Shown piece by piece: positions 59,335 to 64,000 of a stretch of 64,000 nucleotides of DNA. The stretch's first letter is position 1, and every line of letters starts with the position of its first letter. Origin of the DNA: Candidatus Woesearchaeota archaeon (GTDB lineage: Archaea > Nanobdellota > Nanobdellia > Woesearchaeales > JABGUJ01). Location of the stretch: positions 350,843 through 414,842 of the forward strand of contig JABGUJ010000002.1 in assembly GCA_018646625.1 (NCBI GenBank). Direction: 5' to 3'. The position numbers and the translations under genes are program-made. The notes beneath the pieces are model-generated. The model worked only from the letters and a program-made list of their open reading frames with translations. It did not search any database and was not told the origin of the DNA.

Positions 59335-60216
59335 ATGACAATCAAAACATTAAAACCGTTGGACTTTGGACGTAGAAGAGTGCTTACTACAGAGGAAGCT
59401 CTTGCGCAGTTGGAAGGTTATGTTCCAGAAAAACTTCCTGAAAACCAACCTCCGATTAATCCGCCACAACCCCCAGGAAATATTCAGGGTTCAGAAAGTA
59501 TTTCTGGGAATTATATTTTAATGGCGAAAACAAACACTTATGCTTTGGGTGTTCAAGCTTTAAGAGATGTCTATGCCAGAGGAGAATGTCCAGGCCATCT
59601 GACTGTTGAAATTGAGGGAAGTAAACTAGTTAGACCTTTAACTTTTAAAGAAAATTTAGAAGCCAGAATTAATGATTATGAAACTTTAACTAATTCAGAT
59701 GGTTCTGAAAGAACTAAAGAAGAAAGATTAAAGTTGTTTACAGAAAGATGGCTAGACTCTTGTACAGGAGTTGCTTATAAAGCAGAAACCACTAAATTTA
59801 AATTAATTCCTGTTTGCAGAGAATTAGTTACTATTGACAAAGATTTTAATGACAGTTACTTAACTGTTGATTATAATTCAATAGCAGGAGTGGAATTAGA
59901 TAGTAGTCAAGAAGGAGTAAAATACAGACCAGTATTAACTCAAGCAGAGGTTTTAGAACATCCAGCTTGGCTTACGGCTGTAGAGGAAGACAGAACATTA
60001 TTAGAAAATTATACCCAGATTGTATTTTCAGAATTGAAAGAGAAATATAACCGAGATACAGGAATGGGATTTTGGGTAAGAACTGAAAACATTACAGAAA
60101 ATGAGTTAAGGGCGTTGTTCGTTGATTATCTTAATGACAATTCAGATGCTAATGGTAACAATAACCTAAGCAGTAACGGGTCTTTTCTCCAAGTAGCCCC
60201 ACCGAAAACGCCGTAG
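59335..60216 (+). CDS. DGR target protein 3
   Basis: Paralog; carries VR3. Confidence 0.92.
   Translation: MTIKTLKPLDFGRRRVLTTEEALAQLEGYVPEKLPENQPPINPPQPPGNIQGSESISGNYILMAKTNTYALGVQALRDVYARGECPGHLTVEIEGSKLVRPLTFKENLEARINDYETLTNSDGSERTKEERLKLFTERWLDSCTGVAYKAETTKFKLIPVCRELVTIDKDFNDSYLTVDYNSIAGVELDSSQEGVKYRPVLTQAEVLEHPAWLTAVEEDRTLLENYTQIVFSELKEKYNRDTGMGFWVRTENITENELRALFVDYLNDNSDANGNNNLSSNGSFLQVAPPKTP
60109..60201 (+). repeat. DGR variable repeat VR3
   Basis: 10 mismatches to TR, all at adenines. Confidence 0.95.
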
Positions 60217-60256
60217 GCGGTCGCGCTCGAAAATCACAATCATAAAAAATAAAAAA

Positions 60257-62056
60257 ATGGATTTAGCAGAACTTACAGAGGAAATCAAAGAACAGGAAAC
60301 CGCAAGGTTTGATTACAAAGGAGAAGTTTCTATTAGAGAAATCTCTAAAAAACCTAGTTTTTCTGGTTGTATGGACTTGTTAACTACCGCAAAGGTAGAG
60401 CTAGGTTATAATCCAGAATATGTTGAGAAATCTGAGCATTTAGAAAAAATAGTGGCTCATCCATTTAAAGAAGCATTTACTGCCATTCAAAGGCATGAGT
60501 TAAATCATAAAGGTGGTGGAAATTTTCAGGGTTGTCCTAGAAAAATTGATTTACACGTTGAAAACATCTTGGAGCCAGTATCAGAAACTTTAAGAGAATT
60601 AGGTTTTCCTAACATGTTAGTAAATGAAAATCAAACCCTCTACGCATATATGGCTAATTTAATAGAAGATATTTTTGACAATTCTGAATTAGGCAATAGT
60701 TCAGACCATGTTGGGATGTTTTTATGTTATAAAGATGATGCAGAAAACTCTCCACACGTTAAAGATAAAAAATTATCACCATTGTTTGATGCATTTGTGC
60801 AATTACAACAAATTTTTTATGGTGGTAAAAGAAGCAGGAAGCTATTACAGGAACATTATTCTGGAGAAGAGAAAGTTCAAACCACATTAGACAATTTTAT
60901 GCAACGTTCTGGATTAAGCGAGTTACAAAAAGAAGGTTTTACCAGAAAAGAAGAGAAAAAGTTAGTTCTTGACAGAAAAAAAGCAGTAGAATACTGTTTA
61001 GATGAAACTAACTGGTCAGAATTATCAAGAATCTTAACTGAAGAGTTTGCTAAATTGATTGATAAGGATAAACTTCCTCAGCCAGAATATGTTAAAGTCA
61101 CTTTTACTCCATTAAAAGGAGAAGCTGATGGTTTCTCTGATGAGATGGATCATAAAGAAACTAAAATGAAATTTGTTTGGAAGAAATATCAAAAGGGCAA
61201 AGAAGCTTCTTTAGGATTTCAACCGCCTGCTTATTTGGATGATTTTGAATCTTTAGATTTAGTTTACCAAAGGTTAGCCAGAAATCTGGAAATTAAAACT
61301 CGTGCTTCAACAAGAACAACCACAATGCCGATAATGTGGTATGGTAAAAGGGAATTTGATCTCCAGAAAGACAAATTATCTAAAGCCAGAGTTGGTTTTG
61401 GAAAGAAAGGAAAATTAGAATTAAGTGTTAAACGATACCATGAGGATCATCCAATTGAATATACAGAAAGGAAAAGAAGTTTGCCGGAAATAAAGTTTGT
61501 GATGTTAGACACTTCTGGTTCGATGGCTTGGCCTGTAGAGGGAGATGATTCTGGCATGGTTATGAATCCTTGGGCAGATGAAGAAAGGCAATGGGGAAAT
61601 AACAGCAGATATCATCATGCTTTGGTTGCCTGGTATGGATTACAGGAATTGTTAAGGAAACAAGGAACCTTAAAACATACTTCAGTTAAATTAGCAAATT
61701 ATTCAAGTTCAACTAAAACTGCTTCTAATTTAAGAGAAGCAAGGAAACTGGCTTTAACTCCTCAGTTTGGTGGTACTTCATTAAGCATGGATGCAATTAA
61801 TGACATGTTTGGCAGAGAACAATTAGTGTTTTCTTTATCAGATGGAGATGTTACTAACTGGAGTAGTATTAAAGATGATTATATTAAAAGAGCTAAACAA
61901 AACCATTATTTTCATTTACAGATCGGTTCGCCAACAGCAATGTCGCAAGATTTAGAAAATGCGGGGTTAGTTGTTAAATATGATAATGGAAAAAACTTAG
62001 GTAAATTGGTGATTGATTTAACCAGACCTTATATTACAAGAAGTAAAACAAAATGA
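60257..62056 (+). CDS. HExxH metallopeptidase-like + von Willebrand A domain protein
   Basis: RHELNH with downstream NLIED; MIDAS LDTSGSM, GGT, LSDG. Confidence 0.8.
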   Translation: MDLAELTEEIKEQETARFDYKGEVSIREISKKPSFSGCMDLLTTAKVELGYNPEYVEKSEHLEKIVAHPFKEAFTAIQRHELNHKGGGNFQGCPRKIDLHVENILEPVSETLRELGFPNMLVNENQTLYAYMANLIEDIFDNSELGNSSDHVGMFLCYKDDAENSPHVKDKKLSPLFDAFVQLQQIFYGGKRSRKLLQEHYSGEEKVQTTLDNFMQRSGLSELQKEGFTRKEEKKLVLDRKKAVEYCLDETNWSELSRILTEEFAKLIDKDKLPQPEYVKVTFTPLKGEADGFSDEMDHKETKMKFVWKKYQKGKEASLGFQPPAYLDDFESLDLVYQRLARNLEIKTRASTRTTTMPIMWYGKREFDLQKDKLSKARVGFGKKGKLELSVKRYHEDHPIEYTERKRSLPEIKFVMLDTSGSMAWPVEGDDSGMVMNPWADEERQWGNNSRYHHALVAWYGLQELLRKQGTLKHTSVKLANYSSSTKTASNLREARKLALTPQFGGTSLSMDAINDMFGREQLVFSLSDGDVTNWSSIKDDYIKRAKQNHYFHLQIGSPTAMSQDLENAGLVVKYDNGKNLGKLVIDLTRPYITRSKTK

Positions 62057-62931
62057 CTATAAAAACTTTAAAACCATTGGACTTTGGAAATAGAAGAGTG
62101 CTTACTACAGAGGAAGCTCTTGCACAGTTGGAAGGCTATGTTCCAGAGAAAACTCCTCAGAATCCACCTACTGACCCAGACCCAGAACCAAATGGTAATT
62201 TAGAAGGTTCAGTGGAGATTAGTGGTGATTACATCCTGATGCCTAAAGCTAACACTAAGGCCTTAGGAATTCACGCATTGAGAGAATCCTGTGAAAAGGA
62301 AAGCAGTTCTGCTCATCCTCAGTTTGTTAGAACTGATGGCAGTAAAATTTATCGTCCTTTGACATTTAAAGAAGATATAGAAGCGAGAGTTAATGATTAT
62401 GAAAGCAATAAAGATACTGATACAAGAGATAACGCTAAAAATAGATTACGTTTATTCAATCGTTGGATAGATTCCTGCACAGGAGTTGCTTACAAAGCAG
62501 GCACAACTAAATTTAAATTAATTCCTCAATGTGAACCATTGATTGAAATTGCTAAAGATTTTAATAGTGCGTTTATGGTAATTGATTATGATTCAATAGC
62601 AGGAGTAGAGTTGAACAGCAGTAGTGGAAAATATAATGAAAGATTAACAAAAGCAGAAGTTATTGAACATCCTGCTTGGCGAGCAGCAGTTGAAGATGAT
62701 AAAAAATTATTAGAAACTTATGCCGAGATTGTTTTTACAGAGTATGCACAACAATATCCTGACCGAGATGCAAGTAAATTAATGAGATTTTGGGTTACAA
62801 GTAATACTGCTCAAGATCAACTAAGGGCGTTGTTCGTTAATATTCTAAATAACATTTCAGATGCAAATGGTGGCAATGACCTAGACATTAACGGGTCTTT
62901 TCTCCAAGTAGCCCCACCGAAGACGCCGTAG
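62053..62931 (+). CDS. DGR target protein 4
   Basis: Paralog; carries VR4. Confidence 0.92.
   Translation: MTIKTLKPLDFGNRRVLTTEEALAQLEGYVPEKTPQNPPTDPDPEPNGNLEGSVEISGDYILMPKANTKALGIHALRESCEKESSSAHPQFVRTDGSKIYRPLTFKEDIEARVNDYESNKDTDTRDNAKNRLRLFNRWIDSCTGVAYKAGTTKFKLIPQCEPLIEIAKDFNSAFMVIDYDSIAGVELNSSSGKYNERLTKAEVIEHPAWRAAVEDDKKLLETYAEIVFTEYAQQYPDRDASKLMRFWVTSNTAQDQLRALFVNILNNISDANGGNDLDINGSFLQVAPPKTP
62824..62916 (+). repeat. DGR variable repeat VR4
   Basis: 10 mismatches to TR, all at adenines. Confidence 0.95.
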
Positions 62932-63001
62932 GCAGTCGCGCGAAAAATTTAGCCACTCAAATTTAGAAAGCTTTTTATTCTTGTTAGTATTTTCAATAAA
63001 T

Positions 63002-63266
63002 AGGCCTTGCGTTGCTTCTTTATGAGAAGTAATGGAAGTGCTTGGGCTACACGTCCTTTCGCTACGACAAACTAATATCTGTTTGTCATAAAATTCAATC
63101 ACGACACCTAATGCGTGAAGTGGTGGTGCATTCAACTAGGCGAGAGGGCTACTGAGGAGGGCGTTGTTCGTTAATAATCTAAATAACAATTCAAATGCAA
63201 ATGGTAACAATAACCTAAACAATAACGGGTCTTTTCTCCAAATAACCCCAGCACTACGCAAGGCTT
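63002..63266 (+). ncRNA. Predicted structured TR-containing DGR RNA
   Basis: 63002-63012 pairs with 63256-63266; internal hairpins; TATA-like box at about 62972. Confidence 0.55.
63158..63250 (+). repeat. DGR template repeat (TR)
   Basis: Non-coding; 13 AAY triplets; A-rich master of VR1-4; directly upstream of the RT. Confidence 0.95.
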
Positions 63267-63315
63267 TTATGCTTATTCTAATAGTGGCTTATTATTACTC
63301 AAAGAGGTAGTTTTT

Positions 63316-64000
63316 ATGGAAAATCTTTATTCAAAGCTTTGTGCTTATCAAAATCTTAAACTTGCTTTCAAGAATGCAAGAAAAGGCAAAACTCTGAAAT
63401 CTTATGTTACTGAATTTGAGGAGAATTTAGAAGAAAATTTATCAAAGTTAAGAAGTGAATTGATTTTCCACATCTACAAACCAAAACCTTTAGAAAATTT
63501 TATTCTGCGTGATCCAAAAACAAGAAAAATTAGTAAATCTGCTTTTCGTGATAGAATCGTTCATCACGCATTATGTAACATAATCACCCCAATCCTAGAA
63601 AAAGAGTTTATTTATGATTCCTATGCCAACAGAATTGGCAAAGGAACTTTTAAGGCAATAAAAAGGTTTAATTATTTTGCTAGAAAAGTGTCTAAGAATC
63701 ATACAAGAATTGCTTATGCTTTGAAAGTAGATATTAAACATTATTTTGAAGATGTTAATCATAGTATTTTGATTTCAATTCTCAAAAGAAAAATTGAAGA
63801 TGAAAGAGTATTTTGGTTAATAAAAACTATTTTAACAAATTACAAAACAAAAGTGAAAGGCAAAGGTATGCCTCTTGGCAATCTAACTTCTCAATTTTTT
63901 GCTAATGTTTATCTTAATGAATTAGATCAGTTTATGAAACACAAACTAAGAGCAAAGTATTACATTAGGTATGTTGATGATTTTGTTATTTTTGATGCAT
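63316..64000 (+). CDS. DGR-type reverse transcriptase (truncated by window end)
   Basis: Hand translation MENLYSKL...PKTRKI..SAFRDRIVHHAL...KVDIKHYF...GMPLGNLTSQFFAN.YL..LD...YIRYVDDF. Confidence 0.95.
   Translation, partial: MENLYSKLCAYQNLKLAFKNARKGKTLKSYVTEFEENLEENLSKLRSELIFHIYKPKPLENFILRDPKTRKISKSAFRDRIVHHALCNIITPILEKEFIYDSYANRIGKGTFKAIKRFNYFARKVSKNHTRIAYALKVDIKHYFEDVNHSILISILKRKIEDERVFWLIKTILTNYKTKVKGKGMPLGNLTSQFFANVYLNELDQFMKHKLRAKYYIRYVDDFVIFDA

Larger units (their letters stand above)
50600..64000. mobile_element. Integrative accessory island carrying the DGR (left boundary approximate; right boundary outside window)
   Basis: Housekeeping genes stop; two tyrosine recombinases, AlbA regulator, nuclease-like gene, repeat array and DGR follow. 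Confidence 0.65.

Noticed and set aside
62881..63135. 84-aa minus-strand ORF
   Set aside because: Antisense to VR4 and the TR leader; no protein-like features
63316..64000. RT as group II intron maturase or retron
   Set aside because: Adjacent TR/VR pairs with A-only mismatches and the LGNLTSQ motif indicate a DGR
50665..64000. Provirus
   Set aside because: No capsid, terminase, portal or tail genes recognisable in the visible part

Overview
Low-GC archaeal chromosome segment, most consistent with a DPANN (Woesearchaeota/Pacearchaeota-like) organism. The assignment is inferred from archaeal informational genes (histone, rpoP, rps6e, rpl37ae, rpl40e, aIF5A, aRF1, prefoldin, Pcc1) mixed with bacterial-type anaerobic metabolism genes. 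Bases 1-50.5 kb are largely housekeeping or metabolic: a trimeric [FeFe]-hydrogenase, O2 defence, Rad50, HisRS with two tandem tRNA-His, malic enzyme, GDH and an intact GGDEF protein. From about 50.6 kb to the end lies an accessory island with two tyrosine recombinases and a diversity-generating retroelement (DGR). One 93-nt template repeat (63158-63250) and a reverse transcriptase (63316 to past the window end; absent from the ORF track) serve FOUR paralogous target genes. Their 3' variable repeats differ from the template only at adenines. The targets are interleaved and translationally coupled with a MoxR-type AAA+ ATPase, a HExxH+vWA protein and a small AbrB-like gene, which suggests a hypervariable-receptor/MoxR-vWA module. 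All functional calls come from motif recognition by eye; no searches were run.
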